Source of the DNA: Podarcis erhardii
Taxonomy: Eukaryota
Direction: 5' to 3' (one strand)
NCBI GenBank assembly: GCA_964252035.1
Contig: OZ176203.1
DNA length: 64,000 bases
The position numbers and the translations under genes were made by a program. Under the pieces are notes generated by a model. That model searched no databases and was not told the DNA's origin. It saw only the letters and a program-made list of their open reading frames with translations. Position 1 is the stretch's first letter. The number at the start of each line of letters is the position of its first letter. This document shows positions 49,182 through 60,855 of this stretch, piece by piece.

Positions 49182-49888
49182 TATAACTGGGATGTCTTGT
49201 GTCCTCCTTTCCACTATAGCTTCTTGTTCCCTTTCCAAAAAAACCTCCAGAACAGCATTGAAATATGGTGCAAGTGACTGTACTGGGGGAAACAAACAAT
49301 CCACAGAATTAGGACACGCTCCCTTGCACAAAGATAAATTGCCTCCCATTCGTGCAGGGAGTTCTCTGGATGCCGGCCATTATGTGTTTTATAAAGCTGT
49401 AGTCATATTTACAATATTGTTACCACATCAACCGGAAGGAAATGATGGGTTAGATACTGGATCTGATAAAGCAACAATTAAACACATCCTCATTTATTGT
49501 CTGATCATGGATATACCAGCTATACATAACATACATAGGCTTTCCCCAACGCATTGAATGTATAAAATTGCTCAGTACAGATATATTGAACAGTTGACTT
49601 ACTATTCTTGATCTTAGATCTTGTCCATTAAATTATATTAATTAGAAGCCTGTCAGTATGGCATTTAAGAGACCTGCACTGAGAAAAATAGGCTTGCTGT
49701 AGTCTCAAGTCAGAGTCCTGTAGCTTTATTTCAAATAAGATGAAATGGATGTAGTGCTTACACTCTGCTCCCTCCTCCCTTGGAAGGCCTAGTATTTACC
49801 TGGTTGAAATTCAAATTGTTTTATTATGGTGTCAATTCTTTGGTTTTGGCAGCACTTCTAAAGTGCCTATACACAAAAGGAGTACCAC

Positions 49889-50212
49889 NNNNNNNNNNNN
49901 NNNNNNNNNNNNNNNNNNNNNNNNNNNNNNNNNNNNNNNNNNNNNNNNNNNNNNNNNNNNNNNNNNNNNNNNNNNNNNNNNNNNNNNNNNNNNNNNNNNN
50001 NNNNNNNNNNNNNNNNNNNNNNNNNNNNNNNNNNNNNNNNNNNNNNNNNNNNNNNNNNNNATGCCTGCCTCTNNNNNNNNNNNNNNNNNNNNNNNNNNNN
50101 NNNNNNNNNNNNNNNNNNNNNNNNNNNNNNNNNNNNNNNNNNNNNNNNNNNNNNNNNNNNNNNNNNNNNNNNNNNNNNNNNNNNNNNNNNNNNNNNNNNN
50201 NNNNNNNNNNNN
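49889..50212. other. N gaps (172 and 140 nt) separated by a 12-nt island
   Basis: N at 49889-50060 and 50073-50212. Confidence 0.99.
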
Positions 50213-50894
50213 TATTCCCTTTTGTCAAGGCACTGTTCTCTTTTTTGCCTCAGGCCCAGGAACTAATTTGAGCTTCTATAATTACTTCATGTTTTACACC
50301 TGTCTGCATATCATGCACTCCTTGTCTCTGTACTTAAGCTGTATATTTCCTTGCAAATAAAAAAAAAGGGGGCTAGTTTTCACACAGAGGATGAATCCTC
50401 AAGTTTTTGCCCCCCTCCCTTTCTCTTCCTTCAGAAGAAACACAATTAAACTGCTGAGTTGTTTTCAGCAATGCAGCTGACCTTTGGGGTTCATGAAGGA
50501 CGAATGAATGCTGCCTGTTCAGACAGTTTGTGTTAAGACATTGTTGGGCAAAGAGCTCTAAGCTTTTTGCCTCTTGAATGAAGCAGTGGTTGTAATCATT
50601 TTAAAATAATTAAGACGCCGAACACACTAGTATCATTCCACAAGGTTTGCTGTACAGCTGCTCTTCTGCTTTAAGAACGGCTTATTAAATTTGGGTCAAA
50701 CACACTCCAAAGGGTTGCACAAAGAAGAAGCTGTTCAAAAAGTTACCTTTCTTCTTCTTCTTCTTCTTCTTCTTTTAAAAAAAGCAGTCGATTAGATTTT
50801 TAACTTAAGTGACAGCTGCAGTTCATTGCTTGTTCTTTGGTGTCCCACAGCCAAAGTGGACGCCTTTTGTAAATTGGTCTTCCTTGGGCAAAAG

Positions 50895-51027
50895 NNNNNN
50901 NNNNNNNNNNNNNNNNNNNNNNNNNNNNNNNNNNNNNNNNNNNNNNNNNNNNNNNNNNNNNNNNNNNNNNNNNNNNNNNNNNNNNNNNNNNNNNNNNNNN
51001 NNNNNNNNNNNNNNNNNNNNNNNNNNG
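50895..51027. other. N gap (133 nt)
   Basis: Seen directly in sequence. Confidence 0.99.
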
Positions 51028-52584
51028 CATGACTGTCAAGGGGCTGGGGGAAGGGAAGGCTGCAAGACGGGATAGACACAAAGCTGTCATCCACCATGTG
51101 GTGCATCCTTTAACTGAATGGAGGCACAGCAGGCTAGGAACAACATTTCCAGTTGTCTTTTGGGCCTGTTGTCTTGTAGGTTTCAGCTGGTACATAGTTG
51201 TTTGGGGGTTACAGGTGCGAGCCAGAGCCGAAGTAGTGTGTGCTCTACGCCTACTCATTTCTCTCCTGGTAGCCTATTGTTATTGGACAAATGACTGGGA
51301 AGACATAAAGTTAGAAGTCTCTTGAGAATTCATTATTTTTGACGAGATGACAGCTACCCAGCTTCCTTCTTCTCGTTGCTCATGCTGTTTTCTGGCTATA
51401 TATATATAAATAACACACCATTTTCCTGCACATTAGGGGTATCATACAATTGAAACTTTTAAAATAACAGTGGTATGAGATCTTGGGGAGATGTAGGATA
51501 TACAGACTAGTTCAGATTATACATATAATTGGGCCAACTGTGTTGGTAGGATGAGGAAGACAGAACAGCCACCTTATACTTTCATCGGGTTGCATTTTTG
51601 TCTCCCATTAAGCAGTTCCATTGCCTTGGCTTTCTCATGTTTTGCCCAAGAGTGTAAGTGAAACTCCTAAAATTGTCATGGCGGGAGGGGGAAAGGGGGG
51701 AATGGGTAAGACCCCGTTTTCACAGAAGATTATTCTTAACGACAACAAAAAGACTCCTGCTAATCAGTGTTCAGATGTGTGGGATATTGCCAGAGAACTG
51801 TTGCCGTATCTCCTTAGCAAATGCTTTGTGCTGCTACATACAAAGTAACGATTTATCTAAAAATAACACTTTCATTGTTCCTCCTCCCCCCTTCTAAACC
51901 CATTAATAGGTACTTTAGTATCATGCGAGTTTTCATAGTTTAATCCCTTTTCAAAAAGCTTTTCAGAATAAAAGCTCTAAATGGTCCTCAGTATTAATTT
52001 GATGTGACTTCTGTACAATATGGTTTGAAATTCTCAGCAGCACTTTTTTTTTTTTGGCAGCTTACTCTTTTCCACTAGAGCTGAGTGTAGACAACACCAG
52101 CTAAATGCTTCGTTGAGGCTCTGCTGCAAACTTTTATTCACAGCTGTTCATTTTTATATAATTTACTTGTGAGTTAATTACAAATATGTGCTGTTCACTA
52201 AATTCGAGACTTATACAACTGATACTTGGGCCTCTCCTTTAAGGTTTGATATGAGTTTAGCACCCATGTGTTTAAAAAAGAAATAAATGAACAATCATTG
52301 AGGGCATGAGGATCTGTAAGGTGATGCTAGCTGAGAATATGTTTAAGTAAGATCAGTTTATTCATTTGGCTGCCTTATGATCTGAAATGATATATGGAAT
52401 TTTAAACTTTGCCTCTTAATCTCCCCCAAAGTAGTTCCTCCCCACCATCACTTGGTGGTGGTTGTTGTTTAAAAAATGTTTTCTTGAGAGTTGATTTCAA
52501 AAAGGTTGCCATTGGCACTTCATTATGGCATCTACAAGAGAATAAGCATTTCCTGATTAAATGTGTCTCAAGACTTAGAATTCT

Positions 52585-52720
52585 TAGAATCATAAGGTTG
52601 GAAGGGATCACAGGGGTCATCTAGTCCAACTCCTTGGAATGCCGGGAACTTTTACCTAACAAGGGGCTCAAACCCATGACCCTGAGATTAAGAGTCTTAT
52701 GCTCTACCAGCTAAGCTATC
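52585..52720 (-). mobile_element. SINE with tRNA-like head and CR1-derived tail
   Basis: TAGAATCATAAGGTTGGAAGGG...CTGAGATTAAGAGTCTTATGCTCTACCAGCTAAGCTA. Closely similar to 60724-60855. Confidence 0.7.
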
Positions 52721-53549
52721 TCTTTCTTATAGTCCAGCTAGTTAGCGAGCTTAGAAAATATGGTATTTAGTTGTCAGCTTCAGAAGACACTCCATAAGGT
52801 GGGAAATCATCCAATGTTACTATTTCAATATGTTATTTTAATTTCATAATTTTCCTATTGAAATGCTCAGTATGGCTGTGGATAGTTCTACACTGCTGCT
52901 GATCTGTGATTCCAGTAGATATGCAAAACCTCATAACAGGGAAGGTAGCAATACACTGAAAACAATAAACAATACATATTTCAATACTATCATTACCATA
53001 TTTGTAGCAAACATTGTCTATAATCTTGCTAGTGAAAACTAAGGTTTTTTTAAGCTATGAATGTATTGCAGTTAATTCATTTTTACTCATTCTGTACTTT
53101 TCTCTTCAATATTCTCATATAAAGAAGAAAAAAAAGATATTTAAAAATTGATCCTGTAGTCACATACTATAGTAGTATGTATTATTTACTTTTATTACAG
53201 TGACAGGACTTTGCCATTAGTTTGAGGAAAGTGGCCTATAAGTACTTTCATTGTAGAAATGTTTATTTAAAAAATTGATTACCTGGTTATATATGATAGC
53301 CTCCCGCAGGCTATCTGCATTTTTGTGTGTGTGCGTATGTGTGAGAAAAGAATTTAGATCTGGATTGACAGCCCTGAAAACTAAAGGGGCTTTTATTTAT
53401 GCATGAGTACTAGCAAGGCAGGCTTTCTCACCCCTGTCCTGTTGATATGCCTCACCCTTCATTGACCTGGAGGACCCCATAGTCTACTCCAGGGATGAAA
53501 GCCTAGTAGACGATCATGCACATTTAAGCTGCAATCCTGAACCCAATTA

Positions 53550-53716
53550 CGTATTTTTCCATGTATAAGACTAGTTTTTTTTACTTTAAAATTATGTGGA
53601 AAAACTGTGGGTCGTCTTATACACGGGACAATCTCCCCCCTATTTTCTTAAATTGGAGTCCCTAAAAATAGGTGGCATCTTATATATGGGGGCATCTTAT
53701 ACACTGAGAAATACAG
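53550..53716. mobile_element. Degenerate pogo/Tigger-like MITE
   Basis: CGTATTTTTCCATGTATAAGAC ... ATCTTATACACTGAGAAATACAG imperfect TIRs, TA-flanked. Confidence 0.6.
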
Positions 53717-53989
53717 TATACAAGCTTTACTGTAGTTTGCAGCATTTAACAGTACATCCATACCAGCAAGACTTATCCTACTTCATTTAACTTTTACTAT
53801 TTCCTCTCACTCTCTTAAATATGTCTGCTTTCCTATATGTATATGTGTGTGTGCTTCCTTCACCTTGAATTGTGAAACCAGAATTTTAATCTCCACAAAC
53901 ACATGTATGCTAACTTTGTCCAATTGTATCCATAGTTACTCTGACAAATTTGATACAGTTGACCAAAAGGGAAGGGTGAGATAGTTTTG

Positions 53990-54450
53990 AGATAGGGTAC
54001 GTTTTAGTGCTTGCAGCTGAACAACCACCACCCTCTCAAGCACCTTGCCCTGGAAAAGGGAGTACAGTGGAACCTTGGTTCTCGAACGGCTTAGTTGACG
54101 AACAAATCGGCTCCCAAGCGGTGAAAACCCAGAAATAAGTGTTCCAGTTTCTGAACGTTTTTCGGAAGCCAAATGTCCAATGCAGTTGTTTCTTGGGCGC
54201 CGGCACCAGTCAGAAGCCGCGTCTTTGTTTTTGAACGTTTCGGAAGTCGAACGGACTTCTGGAACAGATTACATTTGAGAACCAAGGTACCACTGTATTA
54301 GTGACTGGGCAGAAGTTGTCAAGAATCGCGGGGTGCAGGGAGCTTTTTTCCATGAGTGGATGCACCACTGCTTTCTTCAAAGCGATAAGAAACATCACCT
54401 CATGCAAGGATGCATTAACTACCACTAGGATCAATCCAGTCACACAAACA
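53990..54450 (-). mobile_element. L2-clade RT remnant split by a MITE
   Basis: VVNASLHEVMFLIALKKAVVHPLMEKSSLHPAILDNFCPVTN on one side of the MITE and LFQGKVLERVVVVQL on the other. These are contiguous L2 RT motifs. Confidence 0.75.
54065..54295. mobile_element. Tc1/mariner-superfamily MITE (second subfamily) inserted in an L2 remnant
   Basis: TIR CAGTGGAACCTTGGTTCTC / GAGAACCAAGGTACCACTG and TA TSD. Confidence 0.88.
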
Positions 54451-56829
54451 ACACACACACACACACAAACACACATGAACAAGCCAGTAAGGGCAAGGGC
54501 CAAGAGGGCAAGTGAGAAGCACCTCCTGCATGTTCTCATTTCCCTGACCACACAGAGTTCAAATAAACTGTCCTGCCCACCTCACCAGAGATCATATTTA
54601 TTAACATCAGCATCAAGATCAGTGTGAAGTTCCAGCACCTATTAACTGAGGCAGGTGATAGGAACTCTTTTTTTTACTACCTGAAAGAGCTCTGCTTGGC
54701 TGCTCCCTGAGAATGCATTGAGGCAACAGATGTAACAGTATATATGGGAAACAATGGCTCAATATGTTCAATAGAATCAATGTGTTAGAGTACTACTGTT
54801 CTACCTTGCCATGAAATTTTCTTTAGAAAACAAGAATGCCCTGTACCATTTTGTTTGTTCTATCCCATTTGGCAGCATTTTCCATCATTAGCCTTGGATC
54901 AATAACTGTCATATTGTGCAGCTGGCTGCACATAAATCCCATTATTGTAAGTGATGTATGCACCATAGGAAGTGGCCTTCTACCTGGTGCATATATTTGT
55001 TTATCTAGCTTAGTACTGTCCACTCTGACTAGCATCAGATCTCCAGGCTCAAAGGGAGAGACATTTTACATCACCAGGTATCTGATTGTTTTTATCTGGA
55101 GTTTCACAGGTTAGCCATTGCCGGTGTGATTTCTCCCAGTTCTGCTCAACTCACAGAGCAATTCTTGCTGGCTTGTGGCCCTCAATTCAGATGTTGTTGG
55201 TATAGGATTCAGTAGCTCACGTAATGACCCTGTATGCTGTGGGCAAGTAGTTGAGACTTGAGGTTAGAAGCCATCTAATCAAGTTGCACTTTTCTTTTTC
55301 AGAAGGAAAGAGCGCCGTTTCTCCACTATTATTAGGTTTCATTACCTGTTATTATGATCTTCCTTTCTTTTAGCCCTGCACCTTCCCACATATTTCTCCG
55401 GGGGGTAAGATAGAAGGAGGAAGAGACACATTTGTCCTCTCTCCTATCCCTTGAGAAATATGGGAGGTAAAGATAATCTTTCCATTCTGTGTCCTTCCCT
55501 TCTCCTACCACAATGATTAATGGGTCCCCATTAGAATAAACGTTGGCTTGCATGCTTTTATGCAGGACTTACTAAGGCAGAGAATAAATAAGGTGAATGC
55601 AAAAAAAAGTGGAACAACCAATTCTTAAGTGTAGCATTTGTTTATTACACAATTGTGAAGCTAGATGGCACATATCCTGGAATATCAAGGCAATTAATGA
55701 TTTCCACCAATGCTTACAAACGTACACTATATAATTTTTACTCAGGTTACAGATTAGGTTTAAGAGTTAAACATCTTACTATTATTTTTTAAAGGTTTTT
55801 ATTCTAATATTCCTGACACACTTTTTGTATTTGTGTATAGAGTGTTGGTTAAGTGAGCGGGGGGGGGGGGATCACAAAAGAGCATTAAATTTCATATGCC
55901 TTTGACAGCAAAAAAACAAAACAAAACTTATGAGGAAGAAACAAGCAGGTTGTGTTTTACTCATATTAAGCTGATGATTGTGTTGCCCTCCTAAATATAA
56001 TATTATCTCATTTTCTGTCATGAACTTGTGAGGTAAAAAGCTAAGTGCAGCTCACTAGCCATATAAGGTGGATTTTCAGATGCCTCTCAATTTCCCAGGA
56101 CAGCCACCCAAGCAGGTAGCAAAACCAGGACTTCTTGTGGCTGATACTCATGGCTGGTGAGTTGCATTCACTTTGCGGCTCTCCAGTTGTGCAAGCCTGC
56201 TCTGACATCCAGCAATCACAACATGAGTCTGTATGTTTCAGCACACGTTTCCTAACATGGACAGCTTTGCCACTTCCGACCACTTGCTTGGGGCGAAATG
56301 TAGACAATGATTTCACCTCCCATACAGGTGATACACACTGCCAGATCTCTCTGTGCCACCCATCTGTTTTGGGGGTGTACACATGTGCATATTCATGCAG
56401 AGTATCCTTTCATCAGATCACTAATTAGGCACACACCGTGCCTTTTTCAAACAAAGCAAGAAGCAGGACAGTGGAGGTGGCACCCAGTAATTTACAGTTA
56501 AACACAGCAGGGAAACCGGGATGGTGCAACATCCTAGGCCTCTGATAGCTATACATGGTGTATGAGAAATAAACACAGGAAAACAGCACAGGAAGGTAAA
56601 TACAATCTCATAAGTATTATTGAGACTTGGTAGGATAAGACTTGTGAATGTAATATATTGGTGAATAGAACCAGCGGAAAAGAAGAGTAAGTAACAGTCT
56701 ATGTAAAGGATATATACACCTGCATGGAAATCCATGAAAGTGGAAGTCTTCTTGAAAGCATCTGGGTGAGACTAGACTTTTTTTTTTTTAGTGAGAGAGG
56801 GATGGGACACTTCCTTCAAATATCCGAAA

Positions 56830-57121
56830 ATGAAGCAGACTTGTTCTCTGTTCCTTCAGAGGGCAGGAGTAGAACCAGTAGATGGAAATTGCAGGGAAAC
56901 CAATATTGGCTAAACATCAGGAAACATATTGTAATGGTAAGAGTTTGACAATGTAGCGGATGGCCTCAGAAGGTGGTGGGCTCTTCTTTGCTAGAGGTAG
57001 TTATGCAGATGCTAGACAACCATATGCCATGGATTCTGTAGCTCCATCCTAAACTGCAGATCCTGCACTGAGCAAGGGATGTAATAGATAACCATAGAGA
57101 ATCCAACTCTATGATTCTATG
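56830..57121 (+). mobile_element. CR1 3' fragment
   Basis: GRSRTSRWKLQGNQYWLNIRK-like C-terminal peptide and CAACTCTATGATTCTATG tail. Confidence 0.75.
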
Positions 57122-58470
57122 ACCTTATAACCAAACATATAAAATGTGACAAAATACATTGCTCGCTCGCTCTGTGTGTGTGTCAAGGAAGTAAGTTTGA
57201 AAACTAGTACTGTACAATTATTTTGTGACTGGAAGATGGTTAGCACTGTGGTGATATTAAATTGCATTTATCTTTTAAAATGTTATTTTATCATTTATTG
57301 TTACCTTTCTGGACCTTTTAGAGAAGGGTTTGGTTAAATATCTAAATAAATCAATAAATTCTTTGGATGCTGCCATTTATTGCATAATGCTGTCCAGATT
57401 ATTATGAACTGCCAACTATTTACAAAAAGTTCACCTCTAGGAAAGAAAGAAAAAAAGAAAATTGCAGCCATAAATAATAATTTCCAAAACTGTATAAGCA
57501 ACTAAACAGAGTGACATAGATGGAAAAGCCATTTCCTTGTTATTAATATATATATCTATAGGTAATAGATCCATTTTGTGTAATAAAAAAAAGAATTATG
57601 TAAAGGAAAGATTTATAAACTATGTCTCACAGATATGTTGTCTAGTAATTTGTCTCTCCATATATTTAACACCCTCCACTATTCCTTTAACTTGACAAAT
57701 AAACATCTAGAAAGCAATTTCTCCCTCTGCTTTTGGGTAGTATTTTTCAGACCCGCAAAAAGCAGATTTTAATTTTGTATCAAAGAAACCCTTGAGGTGG
57801 AAAGCTAAGGGAGGATACATGAGTTTGTAGCAGACAAAATGTCGCTTACATTTTGCTGCTCAGTAGTTTGATATACTCATTTGCTGATGTGAAATGACGA
57901 GGGCTTAGAAGGCAAGGTTTTGTTTTTTAGCTGTCTGTAGACCTAGTGGGGCCTTACAGAACCCAGTCAGCAGGTCATTAACTCTGGAGAAAACAGCTTG
58001 CATTAATATGCTCTAATCCAGTATAATTAGTCAAATTACTGCACGCCAACCGGCTTGTCATGTGTTGTCAGATTTGGCATGCATGCTGGATAGCCTTGGT
58101 CCCTCTGGAATGCCACCCTGGATCAAGGCGAACTGCTCGCTTGTACTATTCCTGATTCTCTTGATGAGGAAAGCAAACTGAATCAGCAATCAGAGAGAGG
58201 TTTGGAAGCCGTTTTAAAAAAAATAAAAAATCCCGCACTTACTTTGGTGGAAAAAACCAGAAAGAGGAAAACAGCAAGAATCATTTCAGTGATTGTTTTA
58301 GCTGCAAGAAATAAGACATGGTTGTTCTCACTACTTCTCCATATTGAATAGAACTAGCAATCTGCTATAACTCTATGAGATTAGCATTCATAAAAAGATT
58401 TGCAATAAATAATTACAAGAGGATCATCTACAAATTACTTACCACACTATGACATAGATTATCAAACTAA

Positions 58471-58472
<2 letters not shown>

Positions 58473-58511
<39 letters not shown>
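58473..58511. repeat. (GT)n microsatellite
   Basis: Seen directly in sequence. Confidence 0.95.
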
Positions 58512-58520
<9 letters not shown>

Positions 58521-58814
58521 AAGAGAAAGTGCATGCATGCATGCATTAATACTTTTTTTCTAGTAAAGGGAGGAGGTTATTAAAGTATAAAAGGGCCATA
58601 TTAGCATAAATTCACAAGAGCTCTTGTTCTGGCGGCATGATAAAAACCTGTGTTACCTTTGCATTAACACTGAATTGCTTGTTGTGCTTTTGGCAATGAC
58701 AGATAAGTCAGTGTAATTCCCCATCGCAACGGAAATGATGCTCCAGATTCCAAACGCATCCTCAAGATGTCAGTGACAATAATCTTCAAAGAACGGCCAG
58801 TGAAAGTGGGCTGT

Positions 58815-59050
58815 NNNNNNNNNNNNNNNNNNNNNNNNNNNNNNNNNNNNNNNNNNNNNNNNNNNNNNNNNNNNNNNNNNNNNNNNNNNNNNNNNNNNNN
58901 NNNNNNNNNNNNNNNNNNNNNNNNNNNNNNNNNNNNNNNNNNNNNNNNNNNNNNNNNNNNNNNNNNNNNNNNNNNNNNNNNNNNNNNNNNNNNNNNNNNN
59001 NNNNNNNNNNNNNNNNNNNNNNNNNNNNNNNNNNNNNNNNNNNNNNNNNN
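58815..59050. other. N gap (236 nt)
   Basis: Seen directly in sequence. Confidence 0.99.
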
Positions 59051-59493
59051 AATTCCAGACAAAAAAAAAAAATTGCCCAGAGCCGCATTTTAATGCAGCT
59101 GGCAAGAGGGAACTGAAAACTGACAGGGCACTTTTTAGACACTACTCAGTTTCCATAAAGTACTCCTGCAGCTCCATCATAAAGCTATTTGTAGGTCTTT
59201 TCTTTGTTGCAATCTCTTCTCTTAAATAGGCTTTCATATGAAGCACTTCTCTATTTTGTATGTTGAAGGGGTTTGGGAATTGTGCTTTTCCTTACCCTTG
59301 TAAATGTAGCTCCAAGGTCTGTGCCAGTTACTCTTGAATGAGCCACTTCTGACTTAAAGGGTAGCCTAAGTTCCGTAATATTAATGCTAATAACAGTTGA
59401 AAGGCAAGAATCGAAGCACAATAGGAATGATTTCCACTCTTAAGAATGATTCAGTAATATGATGCAGCCATTGAAAAATTATAAGGAGTATAG

Positions 59494-60194
59494 GTAAAGG
59501 TAAAGGTAAAGGTAAAGGTAAAGGTACCCCTGCCCATACGGGCCAGTCTTGACAGACTCTAGGGTTGTGCGCTCATCTCACTCTAGAGGCCGGGAGCCAG
59601 CGCTGTCCGCAGACACTTCCGGGTCACGTGGCTAGTGTGACAAGCTGCATCTGGCGAGCCAGCGCAGCACACGGAATGCCGTTTACCTTCCCGCTGGTAA
59701 GTGGTCCCTATTTATCTACTTGCACCCGGGGGTGCTTTTGAACTGCTAGGTTGGCAGGCGCTGGGACTGAGCGACGGGAGTGCACCCCGCCGTGGGGATT
59801 CAAACCGCCGACCATGCGATCGGCAAGTCCTAGGCGCTGAGGTTTTACCCACAGCACCACCCGCGTCCCGCTGTATAGCACCTCCCTAATAATGGCCAGA
59901 AGGTGTACTGCAGTGTGTAAGCCCAGTTGAGAATCCTGGTTTGGTTTGGCTTCCAGTCTGAGCGAAGAAGAAGAAGAAGAAGAAGAAGAAGAAGAAGAAG
60001 AAGAGTAGTAGTAGTAGTTTGGATTTGATATCCCGCTTTATCACTACCCTAAAGAGTCTCAAAGCGGCTAACAATCTCCTTTTCCCTTCCTCCCCCACAA
60101 CAAACACCCCGCCGCGGGGATTCGAACCGCCGACCATGTGATCGGCAAGTCCTAGGCGCTGAGGTTTTACCCACAGCGCCACCCGCGTCCCAGC
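59494..60194 (-). mobile_element. Composite SINE insertion (Sauria head + Squam3-like 3' part + unique linker + full Sauria SINE)
   Basis: Whole block flanked by direct repeat TATAAGGAGTATAG (59480-59493 and 60195-60208). (ACCTTT)n tail at the 59494 end. Confidence 0.85.
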
Positions 60195-60347
60195 TATAAG
60201 GAGTATAGTTACTCTCAAAATCAGTATCACTAGTTAGACATAATGCAATTCATCCAAAAGCTCAAAGCTTCGAAGTTACTATCTAAGTCTACGAATCTGA
60301 CTAAACCTGATGGTGAATCAGTTTACAGGGTTCACCCCTAGAGTTAG

Positions 60348-60694
60348 AAAGTTAAAGGGACCCCTGACCATTAGGTCCAGTCACGGACGACTCTGGGGTT
60401 GCGGCAGTCATCTCGCTTTATTGGCCGAGGGAGCCGGCGTACAGCTTCCAAGTCATGTGGCCAGCATGACCAAGCCGCTTCTGGCGAACTAGAGCAGCAC
60501 ACGGAAACACTGTTTACCTTCCCACCGGAGCGGTACCTACTTGCACTTAGACGTGCTTTCGAACTGCTAGGTTGGCAGGAGCAGGGACCGAGCAACGGGA
60601 GCTCACCCAGTCATGGGGATTCGAACCACCGACCTTCTGATCGGCAAGCCCTAGGTTCTGTGGTTTAACCCACAGTGCCACCTGCGTCTGAGTG
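60348..60694 (-). mobile_element. Sauria SINE, near full length
   Basis: Typical body and 13-bp TSD CCCCTAGAGTTAG (60335-60347 and 60695-60707). Subfamily differs from the 59494 copy (CTGTGGTTTAACCC vs CTGAGGTTTTACCC). Confidence 0.9.
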
Positions 60695-60723
60695 CCCCTA
60701 GAGTTAGTTGAATGTAAAATCTC

Positions 60724-60855
60724 TCATAGACTTGGAAAGGACCATGAGGGCTACCTAGTCCGGTCTCCTGCAATGCAAGAATCTTTACTCAACTTTACTT
60801 TACTCAAACCCACGACTCTGAGATTAAGAGTCTTGTGCTCTACCAATTGAGCTCT
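60724..60855 (-). mobile_element. SINE with tRNA-like head and CR1-derived tail
   Basis: TCATAGACTTGGAAAGGGACC...CTGAGATTAAGAGTCTTGTGCTCTACCAATTGAGC. Same family as 52585. Confidence 0.7.

Noticed and set aside
48876-49557. Opposite-strand ORFs sharing the peptide IQGESFKRGPV
   Set aside because: Explained by the palindromic 80-bp MITE at 49102-49181.
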